Origin: Lysobacterales bacterium
Lineage (GTDB): Bacteria; Pseudomonadota; Gammaproteobacteria; Xanthomonadales; Xanthomonadaceae
DNA: 64,000 nt
Direction of reading: 5' to 3'
Assembly (NCBI GenBank): GCA_046318115.1
Contig: JBKCVA010000021.1
Span: forward strand, 114-64,113
Part shown: in pieces, positions 27,093 to 35,738 of the stretch
Layout of the letters: the number at the start of each line of letters is the position of its first letter
How positions within the stretch are numbered: the stretch's first letter is position 1
Notes under the pieces: model-generated
The model's input: the letters and a program-made list of their open reading frames with translations, nothing else
Databases searched by the model: none
What the model was told of the DNA's origin: nothing
Translations under genes and position numbers: made by a program

Positions 27093-29330
27093 TCAGCGCT
27101 GGGTGCTGTACTCGGGGGAGATGGCGATCAGGTGCATCATCAGCAGTGCCTTGCGACGCTTGCGCTCCGCCTGGGTGCCGTTGGTCGTGCCGTTGGTGCC
27201 GCCATTGAGGTTCTCGTTGAGGCCGCCACCGCAGCGCAGCGCATTCATCAGACGCCACTTCATGCCAGGTTCGGAGTTCAGGCAGTTGAAGCTGCCGGTG
27301 ATGTCGGCGCCGCTCATGGTGCCGCCCATCATGCGGACGTTGAAGAAGTTGATCAGCTCCATGTCCTGGGCCAGGGTGGCGGACGCAAGGTTGGAGTTGG
27401 CGGGCACGACGGCCGGCATCGCATCGATCTGGGCGGTGGGGAAATAGGCACGATCGGTCGGCAGCGTGAACGTGGTTCCGCAGTCGTTGCCACCGTAGCC
27501 GGAGCAGATGCGGGTGAACAGTTCATTGGCCACGGTGACCGCGCTCACCTCGTGGACGATCTGCAGCTCTGGCGAGAACAGACCCAAGCCCGCGATGGCT
27601 CCCGGCTGTCTGTAATCGGGCTCGTAGAAGTTGAAGACCGAGGGCGCGCCGTGCGGGCGCTGCGCGAAGATGTCCTGCGGATTGTTCGGGCCCCAGCGAC
27701 GCAGACTCGGCTGCCCGGCCAGCGGGTTCGCCTGGCCACCGCGCGGATTGGTCGCCGGGATGTTGGCGGTATCGCCCGAGCGCGCGCCGAAGTGGCGCCA
27801 GAGGGCCACCAGCTTCAGCATCGGCTCGCGAACCTTGCCGAAGTTCACCGGCTGCTGCGGGTCATTGGCGGGCCGGCGCGCCTCGATGTCGAGCAGGATC
27901 GCCGACACCACGGTCTTCATGTCACCGCGCACGCCCGATCCATTGTTGATGAAGGCGTCAGCGACCCGCTCCACGTAACCCGGGCTGGGGTTGGAAGTGA
28001 CCAGGCGCTGGATCAACTGGCGGGCCACCATCGGCGGCGTGTTCGGGTGGTTGAACAGGAAATCGATCGCCTGGTCGATACTGCCTTCGCAGTAGTTGAC
28101 GCAGGCCTGCTGCTGCTGGGCAGTCAGGTTTGTGGCGGCACAGTTCAGCGTGGCAATGCCATCGAAACTGGGAATGATCTCCAGTGTTCGGTCACCGCCG
28201 ACAGCGCCCAGCACCAGACGCTTGTTCGGTCCCGGGGAGCCCGGCGGCAGGTTGACGAGAGTCGACTCCGGGTCCGGCAGCTGGCCGCCCTGATTGTCGC
28301 GACCGGTGTCGTGGAACGCCGGGTAGCAGACCATGGGGCGGTAGAAGTCCGGATGGATCAGGCCGCGGTCCGTGATCGGGTCAGCGATGATGTTGGCCGT
28401 GTTGAACAGACGCGAGCCACCTTGTCCGAAGCGGCAGCCCACCCCGGTGCAAGCGGTCGCGTCGTTGGCGCCGCAATTGCGGTTGAAGGTGACACCGCCT
28501 GCGGTGGATGCGCCCTGGGTGCAGGTATGGGACAGGCCTGTGAAGACTCGCGCGAGGTTCGCAATGTCCTCTTCGTTGTACGTGGTCAGCGTCAGATCCG
28601 GATTCTGCGGGTCGGTGACCGTGGTGTAGAAGTTCTTCTCACGCACGAGCAGGCCGATCGAGAACAGCTGCATGATCTCGCGGGCGTAGTTCTCGTCCGG
28701 CTGCACGCCGTTGTTGCCCGCCGTGTAAGTGCCGTTCGAGTTCAGCAAGAGGAAGCGCTGGTTGCGCAGCGAAGTGAGGTAGCGGCCCATCATCGGGCTG
28801 TAGCTGACCTCGCGGAGGAGATCGCGGTAATTGCCGAGCGCGTGGCGGACGAGGATGTCGTTCCACTCCGCCATCATGATTTCCTGGTCGATCAGGAACG
28901 CATCGCGGTCCGAGGCCACCACGAACTGCGACAGCGCCCACGCGACCCGCTGCCGGACCTGATCCGGCGCATTGACCGCGACGTCATACCAGCGTTGGAC
29001 GCGCTGGTCCTGACTCACGCCACCGGTCGCAAGCGAGGCCGTGTAAGCCTCCAGCCACGGGCGCGAGAGCGTCACCGTACCGAGGTTGAGCTGGGCCGAC
29101 AGCCATCCGCTCACGCCCTGCGTACGCACCGCTGAGATGTCCGCCGCGGTCGCGCCGAACGTCGCCTGGTTCAGGAATCGCGCGGCTTCGCCGTCGTTCG
29201 CCGGGTTGTTGAACGGAACCTCGAACGAGTTCGAGAAGATCGGATCGTCCGCCCGGCTGACCGGGGCGAACAGAGAGGCGGCCAGAGCGGCCAAGGCCAG
29301 CAGGAGGCTGGTCAAGCGTGCGGATGTCAT
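27093..29330 (-). CDS. DUF1800 family protein, exported
   Basis: AARFLNQATFG, DQVRQRVAWALSQFVV, GNYRDLLREVS.SPMMG.YL, PDENYAREIMQLFSIGL, HPNTPP, VTSNPSP, GKVREP, APSVFNFY. Confidence 0.92.
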   Translation of the reverse strand: MTSARLTSLLLALAALAASLFAPVSRADDPIFSNSFEVPFNNPANDGEAARFLNQATFGATAADISAVRTQGVSGWLSAQLNLGTVTLSRPWLEAYTASLATGGVSQDQRVQRWYDVAVNAPDQVRQRVAWALSQFVVASDRDAFLIDQEIMMAEWNDILVRHALGNYRDLLREVSYSPMMGRYLTSLRNQRFLLLNSNGTYTAGNNGVQPDENYAREIMQLFSIGLLVREKNFYTTVTDPQNPDLTLTTYNEEDIANLARVFTGLSHTCTQGASTAGGVTFNRNCGANDATACTGVGCRFGQGGSRLFNTANIIADPITDRGLIHPDFYRPMVCYPAFHDTGRDNQGGQLPDPESTLVNLPPGSPGPNKRLVLGAVGGDRTLEIIPSFDGIATLNCAATNLTAQQQQACVNYCEGSIDQAIDFLFNHPNTPPMVARQLIQRLVTSNPSPGYVERVADAFINNGSGVRGDMKTVVSAILLDIEARRPANDPQQPVNFGKVREPMLKLVALWRHFGARSGDTANIPATNPRGGQANPLAGQPSLRRWGPNNPQDIFAQRPHGAPSVFNFYEPDYRQPGAIAGLGLFSPELQIVHEVSAVTVANELFTRICSGYGGNDCGTTFTLPTDRAYFPTAQIDAMPAVVPANSNLASATLAQDMELINFFNVRMMGGTMSGADITGSFNCLNSEPGMKWRLMNALRCGGGLNENLNGGTNGTTNGTQAERKRRKALLMMHLIAISPEYSTQR

Positions 29331-29552
29331 GCGGATTCCCCCGGGCAGGAAGGGCGGTGAAACGATTTTTTACTCTAACCCGGGAAAAACAATTGAAAAC
29401 TTGGCCGAGCCCGCAGCCCCGATAAACGGTAGCAGAACCCCGCTGACACATCGCGTCACATTCTGCACTTGCGCGGCAAAGCGTGGAATCGAGTGTGAAG
29501 ACGCCACCCCGCCCGACCGGCGCTGGCGATCCGCGCCCGGATCCCGCCCGCT

Positions 29553-30887
29553 TCAGGCGGAGGCGACGCGCGAGCGTCGATCCGCCTCGGCGGCCTCCAG
29601 GGCGGCGAAGGCCGCCGCGATCCGCTGGCAATCCGCAGTGCTGACCCGCGGGGCCAGCGCCTCCACCAATTCCGCTTCCGAAGACTGACGCAGCCGCTGC
29701 AGGGCCTGGCCGGCGTCCTTGGGCGAAGCATGGCCCTCGCTCTGCAGCAGCAACTCGCCGTCGGCCGCAAGCAGCTTGAAGTAGAACTGCCCGTCCGCCT
29801 CGCGGTATTGCTTCACCTGCGGCAGCGCTTCGCGCTCGCTCTTCGTCGCAGATGCATTCGCGGCCACACCGGCGAAGCGGCGCAGACCGACCGCCTCGCG
29901 CAAGTCGGCCAGCAGCGGCGCGGCGATCGCGCGCGCGCGCGCGGCGCCGGCCTGCAGGATGTCCTCCAGCCGCTGAGGGTCCGCCATGTAGGCCTGATAG
30001 CGCTCGCGCATGGGTGCCACATCGCGCTCGATGCGCTCGACCAGACGCTGCTTGGCCTCGCCCCAGCCCAGCCCCCCGCGCAGGTCGGCACGGAAGTCCT
30101 CGGCCTCATCGGCGCGTGCAAAGGCGTCGAAGATCAGGGCCAGTGCATTGGCCTCGGGATCCTTGGGCTCACCGGGCAGTCGCGAGTCGGTGACCACCCG
30201 GGCCACCGCGTCCTTGAGGGCTTTGGCGCCGCCTTCGAAGAGCGGAATGGTGTTGTCGTAGCTCTTCGACATCTTGCGGCCATCGAGCCCGGGCAGGGTC
30301 GCCACCGACTCCTCGATCACCGCCTCTGGCAGGGTGAAGAAGCTGCGCCCTTGTCCGAACAGATGGTTGAACCGCGCGCCGATGTCGCGGGCCATCTCGA
30401 TGTGCTGGACCTGGTCGCGGCCCACCGGCACTTTGTGCGCGTTGAACATCAGGATGTCGGCGGCCATCAGCACGGGGTAGCTGAACAGGCCCATCGTGAC
30501 GCCGGCATCGGCATCCTCGCCGGCCGCCTCGTTGGCATCGGTCGCGGCTTTGTAGGCATGCGCCCGATTCATCATCCCCTTCGCGGTGACGCAGGTCAGC
30601 AACCAGGTCAGCTCGGGAATCTCTGGGATGTCCGACTGCCTGTAGAAGTGCACGCGCTCCGGGTCCAGCCCTGCCGCCAGCCAGGTCGCGGCGATCTGCA
30701 TGCGCGAGCTCTGGATGCGTGCCGGCTCGTCGCACTTGATCAGGGCGTGGTAGTCGGCCAGAAAGAAAAAGGCATCGACGTTGGGGTCGGCGCTGGCGGC
30801 GATCGCCGGACGGATCGCACCGACGTAGTTGCCGAGGTGCGGGGTGCCGGTGGTGGTGATGCCAGTGAGAACGCGGATGCGGGACAT
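29553..30887 (-). CDS. trpS: Tryptophan--tRNA ligase with C-terminal YegP/DUF1508-like extension
   Basis: [36 protein letters not shown]; tail [25 protein letters not shown]. Confidence 0.96.
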   Translation of the reverse strand: MSRIRVLTGITTTGTPHLGNYVGAIRPAIAASADPNVDAFFFLADYHALIKCDEPARIQSSRMQIAATWLAAGLDPERVHFYRQSDIPEIPELTWLLTCVTAKGMMNRAHAYKAATDANEAAGEDADAGVTMGLFSYPVLMAADILMFNAHKVPVGRDQVQHIEMARDIGARFNHLFGQGRSFFTLPEAVIEESVATLPGLDGRKMSKSYDNTIPLFEGGAKALKDAVARVVTDSRLPGEPKDPEANALALIFDAFARADEAEDFRADLRGGLGWGEAKQRLVERIERDVAPMRERYQAYMADPQRLEDILQAGAARARAIAAPLLADLREAVGLRRFAGVAANASATKSEREALPQVKQYREADGQFYFKLLAADGELLLQSEGHASPKDAGQALQRLRQSSEAELVEALAPRVSTADCQRIAAAFAALEAAEADRRSRVASA

Positions 30888-30918
30888 GGAGCCTCGTGGG
30901 TTGGGAGACAGGGCGCGC

Positions 30919-31059
30919 TCAGCGGCGCGCCGCCTCTTCGATCTCTTCGCCGGCGCGTTTCAGGTCCTTGCCGGCGCCCTGGATGGTGTTGCAGCCGGCC
31001 AGCACGAGCAGGCCGAGCGCGAGCGCCGCGAGGCGCCAGACAATCGTGGAAGTGCGCAT
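30919..31059 (-). CDS. Entericidin EcnA/B-family lipoprotein (46 aa; below the ORF-track cutoff)
   Basis: Translated by hand: [46 protein letters not shown]; lipobox LAGC and NTxxGAGKD. Confidence 0.9.
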   Translation of the reverse strand: MRTSTIVWRLAALALGLLVLAGCNTIQGAGKDLKRAGEEIEEAARR

Positions 31060-31171
31060 GGAATCTCCGAAGGCTTGAGCGCCTGGGGACGGCGGGAGGG
31101 GCAGCCTAGCAGCGCCATCGCCCAGCCGTCAGCGCAGGTCCTGGAGACTATTCAGTGGCATCAAGCGCGCG

Positions 31172-32116
31172 TCAACGCGCCTCGCGCAGTGGATCGCGCA
31201 TCAGAGTGGACTTGCCGAACAGGCTCTCCACCAGGTCCACCGCCAGACGCGCCGTGCGGTTGCGCTCGTCAAACGCCGGATTCAGCTCGACGATGTCGAG
31301 CGAGGCCATGCAACCGGTATCGGCGATCATCTCCATCACCAGCTGCGCCTCACGATAATTCGGCCCACCCTCGACCGTGGTGCCCACCCCCGGCGCGATG
31401 CCCGGATCGAGGAAATCGACGTCGAAACTGACGTGCAGGTGGGTGTCGTCATCGACGCCTTCCAGAGCCTCCTCGATGGCGCGCTTCATGCCGACCTCGT
31501 CGATATAGCGCATGTCGTAGATGTCGAGTCCCGCTTCATGCACCAGCCGGCGCTCGCCCTCGTCGACCGAGCGGATGCCGATCTGCTTGACCTGGTCCGG
31601 GGTGATCGCCGGGATGCTGCCCCCAAGATGGGTCAGCGCGCGCGGTCCCATTCCGCACAGGCAGGCCACCGGCATGCCGTGGACATTGCCGCTTGGCGTG
31701 AGCTCGGAGGTGTTGAAGTCGGCGTGCGCATCCAGCCACAGGATGCGCAGCTTCCTGCCCTGGGCACGCACATGCTTGGCGACTGCGGTGATCGAGCCGA
31801 CCGCGAGGCAGTGGTCACCGCCAAGCATGATCGGCATGCGCCCGGCCTTGAGTTCGGCAGCGACGGCATGCATCACCGCCGTGTTCCATTCGACCACTTG
31901 CTCAAGATGCCGATAGCCCTCGTGCGGCGGCTGCCAGGGGTTGAAGGGACCGCGCAGGTTGCCGCGGTCGTGCACTTCGAGACCACGTGCGGCCAGCGCC
32001 TCGCCAAGACCGGCGACTCGCAGGGCTTCAGGCCCCATCGAGGCACCGCGATGGCCGGCGCCTATGTCGGTGGGTACGCCAATCAGACTGACCGGCGGGA
32101 AACGGTTCGAGCTCAT
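31172..32116 (-). CDS. rocF: Arginase
   Basis: GVPTDIGAG, GGDHCLAVGS, WLDAHADFNT, GNVHGMP, SFDVDFLDP, ELNP. Confidence 0.96.
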   Translation of the reverse strand: MSSNRFPPVSLIGVPTDIGAGHRGASMGPEALRVAGLGEALAARGLEVHDRGNLRGPFNPWQPPHEGYRHLEQVVEWNTAVMHAVAAELKAGRMPIMLGGDHCLAVGSITAVAKHVRAQGRKLRILWLDAHADFNTSELTPSGNVHGMPVACLCGMGPRALTHLGGSIPAITPDQVKQIGIRSVDEGERRLVHEAGLDIYDMRYIDEVGMKRAIEEALEGVDDDTHLHVSFDVDFLDPGIAPGVGTTVEGGPNYREAQLVMEMIADTGCMASLDIVELNPAFDERNRTARLAVDLVESLFGKSTLMRDPLREAR

Positions 32117-32493
32117 GGGTCTTCCTGTTCTTCGGCGGCACGGGCGGCGGCGGCGATGGCCTTGTCGATGAGCACCAGCAGCTCCAGCGTCGGCGTCAGA
32201 AGCTCTGCGCACAGGGCCTGCACCGGGCGACGCGCCTCGGCAGGCGACTTGATCCAGGCGATCCACTGCCGCTCGATGGCACGGGCCTTGTCGCTCACCT
32301 CGGGAAATCCGTAGGCGCCGGCGGAGCCCGCCATCTTGTGCAGCATGCCGCGCAATTCGGTGACGTCGGACTCGGCGGCTTCATTGCTCGGCGCTTCGCG
32401 GATCGAAGCCATGTAGCGCCTGAGCTTCTGCCGCTTGTCCTTGAGGGCCAGTCGATAGAGGGCCAGCAGGGAATCGAAACCGTCGATGCTCAC
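32113..32493 (-). CDS. Stand-alone Hpt (histidine phosphotransfer) domain protein
   Basis: LHKMAGSAGAYGFPEVSDKARAIE motif; stop overlaps the rocF start (ATGA). Confidence 0.8.
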   Translation of the reverse strand: MSIDGFDSLLALYRLALKDKRQKLRRYMASIREAPSNEAAESDVTELRGMLHKMAGSAGAYGFPEVSDKARAIERQWIAWIKSPAEARRPVQALCAELLTPTLELLVLIDKAIAAAARAAEEQEDP

Positions 32494-32541
32494 GTGTTCG
32501 GGCCGCCGTGGGGGTCGAGCGGGCAGCGCAGGCTGCGGAAA

Positions 32542-32617
32542 TGGTGCCGGCAGTCCGAATCGAACGGACGACCTACCGCTTACAAGGCGGTTGCTCTACC
32601 AGCTGAGCTATGCCGGC
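32542..32617 (-). tRNA. tRNA-Thr(UGU)
   Basis: GCCGGCATAGCTCAGCTGGTAGAGCA-ACCGC-CTTGTAA-GCGGT-AGGTC-GTCCG-TTCGATT-CGGAC-TGCCGGCA-CCA cloverleaf, 76 nt, encoded CCA. Confidence 0.98.
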
Positions 32618-32709
32618 ACGGGGAGCGGGATTGTAGCGTCTTGCGCGGTGGATTCGGGATCGTGGGGGCCAAGCGATGCCGAATCCAGAGCGGGCGCCCG
32701 CCCCGAACC

Positions 32710-33369
32710 TCAGGCTTCACAGTCGATGCGCGCGGAATCGACCCCTGCATAGCCGCCCAACTGGGCGCGCCAGTCGAAGCGTGGATCGGCGGCGATGTCG
32801 ACCCAGTACTGCGGAATCTCCTCTGTGCGCTCGCCAAGCTCGGCGCCAAAGCCCATCGCACGCACGTCGGCCTGGCGCTGGCGGGCGTTCGCAAGCTCGC
32901 GGAACAGTCCCAGCGAGATGGTGTTCTGTCGATCACCCGCGGTGACCACGTAGTAGTCGCGCAGCCCTTGGGCGGCGAGTTCGCGCGCGGTGGCGAGTGC
33001 GGCGTCTCGGGTCGGCTGCGCCGGCATGTAGACCCAATAGCCTCGGCGCGCCAGGGCGCGGGTCTCGCGGAACTGGATGCGCTGCACCACCGGAGTCAGC
33101 GCGCCGACCGCGCGACGCAGATCGGCCTGGGTCAGGAACGGGCCAATGCGCTCGCAGACCGCATCGGGGCTGGGCGCGATCGGTTGTGGCGCCTCCGCCA
33201 GCTCGCCGACCGCGCCGCGCGCCTCGAGCTCGGTGAGCAATTCGAGTCCCGGCACGGCGGGCTCGGTGGGTGCGAACCGACGCGGCTCGTGCTCCGGACG
33301 CAGGAACCACCAGGCGCCCACGCCAACGTTCATGAGCAGCAGCAGCAGCACGAGCACGCGGGGCAGCAT
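32710..33369 (-). CDS. SPOR-domain protein
   Basis: N-terminal anchor LLLLLMNVG; GYWVYMP..NTISLGLFRELANA; conserved position downstream of coaX. Confidence 0.85.
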   Translation of the reverse strand: MLPRVLVLLLLLMNVGVGAWWFLRPEHEPRRFAPTEPAVPGLELLTELEARGAVGELAEAPQPIAPSPDAVCERIGPFLTQADLRRAVGALTPVVQRIQFRETRALARRGYWVYMPAQPTRDAALATARELAAQGLRDYYVVTAGDRQNTISLGLFRELANARQRQADVRAMGFGAELGERTEEIPQYWVDIAADPRFDWRAQLGGYAGVDSARIDCEA

Positions 33370-33448
33370 CGGGGTCCGGAGATGGATCAGGCGGTAAACG
33401 GGCGCGCAGGATAGCAGGGTGATCCCGCCCCGCCGGGGCGGGGATCGC

Positions 33449-34246
33449 TCAATCATTCACGGCGGCCTGCAGCAGGCCCTGCAGCACCAGCCAGGCTTCG
33501 ACACGCACCGGACACTCCAGCAGGGGCGCAATCCCTGCCGCATCTCCCCCCGCCAACACCACGAGGGGCGCTTCGCCGGCTTCGCGTTCAAGCCGTCGCC
33601 GAGCGCGCTCGATGAGTCCCGCTGCCGCCTGCCAGGGTGCCATCGCGACTGCAGGCGCGGTGTCGTCCGCCCAGAAGGCCTCGCGCACTGGCATGGCGCC
33701 CGGCATCCGCAGATGCGGCGCTCTGGCCAGCAGGGACTCGTGCATCGTCGTGATGCCACCCAGGATCAGCCCCCCCAGGTGGCGGCAGTCGCGGTCAATC
33801 GCATCGATCGTCAGGGCGGTTCCGGCGCCAACGACCAGCAGTGGAGGCGCGGCAATCGCCAGCGCTCCGCGCAGGCTGAGCCAGCGATCGGTGCCGAGAT
33901 GCTCGGGGCGCGGATACGCACAGCGCAAAACTGCCCCTCGCGCGGTGGGGGCCTCTGCCGCGGTGCGCGCACGAAGCAGGCCGGGGCGCCGCACCCGCAC
34001 GGAGGCGGCGACACAGTGCTGAATCGCATCGACCATCGCCTCCGCCGCGACGGCCACAAGGTGAACACTGTGGAGCTCGGGCAGCCCGCGCAGCGCCTGC
34101 TCGAGAGCGGGCAGGAAGTCCGGGCCGGAATGGGCAAGCGCTGCCACCTCGCCGAGTCGCCACTGCGGGTGCTCCGCAGCGGGCGGCAGGGCCAGCGCCC
34201 ACTTGAGGCGGGTGTTGCCCAGATCGAGCAGCAGGTGTGGCTTCAT
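33449..34246 (-). CDS. coaX: Type III pantothenate kinase
   Basis: LLLDLGNTRLKW, LGTDRWL, VGAGTALTIDAI, GGLILGG, AGGDA. Confidence 0.93.
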   Translation of the reverse strand: MKPHLLLDLGNTRLKWALALPPAAEHPQWRLGEVAALAHSGPDFLPALEQALRGLPELHSVHLVAVAAEAMVDAIQHCVAASVRVRRPGLLRARTAAEAPTARGAVLRCAYPRPEHLGTDRWLSLRGALAIAAPPLLVVGAGTALTIDAIDRDCRHLGGLILGGITTMHESLLARAPHLRMPGAMPVREAFWADDTAPAVAMAPWQAAAGLIERARRRLEREAGEAPLVVLAGGDAAGIAPLLECPVRVEAWLVLQGLLQAAVND

Positions 34247-35028
34247 AGCGGCCTCAGGCTGGCTTCGCCGCTGTGCCAGACGCGCTCGCCATCGGCATGC
34301 TCGATGCGCAGTCCGCCATCTTCGGCGAGCCCCAGTGCGGTGCCAGGCCAGCGCCGCTCGCCCGAGACCATTTGTACCGCCCGTCCGCGCAACACGTCGA
34401 GACGCTCCCAGTCAGGCAGCAGGTCGGCCAAGCCCCGCGCCTGCATCTGCCGCAGGCGGGTGCGCAGAGCCCGCACCAGGACCGCCACCAGTTCCGCCCG
34501 ATCGGGCTTCAGCCCCAGCGTGGCGAGGTCGATCCACTCGACATCGGCCTCGAAGTCGCGCGGAAGGTCGAGGTTGAGCCCCAGGCCGACCACAAGAAAG
34601 ACGCCTTCGCCGCGCCCGCCGACCTCGATCAGCAAGCCACCCAGCTTGCGCTCGCGTGCCCACAGATCGTTCGGCCACTTGAGGCCCACTTCGACGGCGC
34701 CGAGCCCTCGCAGTCCTTCCGCAACGGCCAGACCAGCGATCAGGCTGGCGCCGGCCGCGGTCGCGATGCCGCCCGGCCAGGGCAGCGCCATCGAAAGGCA
34801 CAGGCTGCCACCGGGGCGCGACTGCCAGCGCCGACCGAGACGCCCGCGACCCGCCGTCTGCCGCTCGGCCACGCGAACCGTGCCCTCGGGCGGTGGCGTG
34901 CCTGCAGCCAGCAGGTCGGAATTGGTCGACCCGGTTGCGGCAACCCATTCGAGCAGCGGCGGTTCCGGGTCAGCCCCCACCAGCGCACGCAACGTGCGCT
35001 CGGCCAGCACGACAGTCGAATCGGTCAC
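34243..35028 (-). CDS. birA: Biotin--acetyl-CoA-carboxylase ligase lacking an N-terminal HTH; GTG start inferred
   Basis: TGSTN, AERQTAGRGRLGRRW, LKWPNDL, KLGGLLIE, VGLGLN, C-terminal SH3-like SGEASLR. Confidence 0.92.
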   Translation of the reverse strand: MTDSTVVLAERTLRALVGADPEPPLLEWVAATGSTNSDLLAAGTPPPEGTVRVAERQTAGRGRLGRRWQSRPGGSLCLSMALPWPGGIATAAGASLIAGLAVAEGLRGLGAVEVGLKWPNDLWARERKLGGLLIEVGGRGEGVFLVVGLGLNLDLPRDFEADVEWIDLATLGLKPDRAELVAVLVRALRTRLRQMQARGLADLLPDWERLDVLRGRAVQMVSGERRWPGTALGLAEDGGLRIEHADGERVWHSGEASLRPL

Positions 35029-35039
35029 CTGTGCAGGCC

Positions 35040-35663
35040 TCAACCTGCCCGGCGGTGGAACAGGCGCGCCCGCTCGAAGCGATGCTCGGTGCCGCTCAGC
35101 AGCCTCTGCACGTTGCTGCGGTGGGTGAACAGCATGAAGCCGGCAGCGGCCAGAGCGAAGGCGAGCTGGCCCGGCGCAATCCAGAGCGCCAGCGGGACCA
35201 GCGCGGCGGCAGCGAGGATGGTCGAAAGCCCGACATACCCCGTGAGCACGAGGCACAACACCCACACTGCGAACACCGGGCCGACGCTGAGCGGCCAGAC
35301 CACGCAGAGCCCGCCCACCAGGGTGCCCGCGCCCTTGCCGCCGCGGAAGCCGAAGAACAGCGGCCAGGTGTGGCCGACGGCCGCCGCCAGCGTGCAGGCG
35401 CCAGCCAAGGCCGTGACCGTAAAGGGCACTTCGGACGTCCACAGCCAAAACCCCAGGGCCGCGGCAAGCGCGCCCTTGCCGATATCGATCAGCACCACCG
35501 CCAGGGCAAAGCGCCAGCCGCGCGTCCGGAACGCGTTGGTGCCGCCAGCGTTGCCGCTTCCGCTCTGGCGGATATCGACTCCGATCGCACGACCGATCAG
35601 CAGGCTGCCGGAAAGCGAACCCAGGAGGTAGGACAGCAGGAGAGCGATCAGAGTCTGCAGCAT
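35040..35663 (-). CDS. plsY: Acyl-phosphate:glycerol-3-phosphate acyltransferase
   Basis: YLLGSL, DIRQSGSGNAGGTNAFR, DIGKG, GHTWP.FFGFRGGKG, HRSNVQRL. Confidence 0.96.
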   Translation of the reverse strand: MLQTLIALLLSYLLGSLSGSLLIGRAIGVDIRQSGSGNAGGTNAFRTRGWRFALAVVLIDIGKGALAAALGFWLWTSEVPFTVTALAGACTLAAAVGHTWPLFFGFRGGKGAGTLVGGLCVVWPLSVGPVFAVWVLCLVLTGYVGLSTILAAAALVPLALWIAPGQLAFALAAAGFMLFTHRSNVQRLLSGTEHRFERARLFHRRAG

Positions 35664-35738
35664 GGTCCTAGTGTGTGGGTTCGGGTAGGCGCCAAGGAAG
35701 CACCGGGCCGCGCGCGGCGGCCCCGGGCATGAGGCACA

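Noticed and set aside
32500-32620. Prophage or island integration at tRNA-Thr
   Set aside because: No integrase and no duplicated tRNA 3' end seen in the window; downstream genes are housekeeping.
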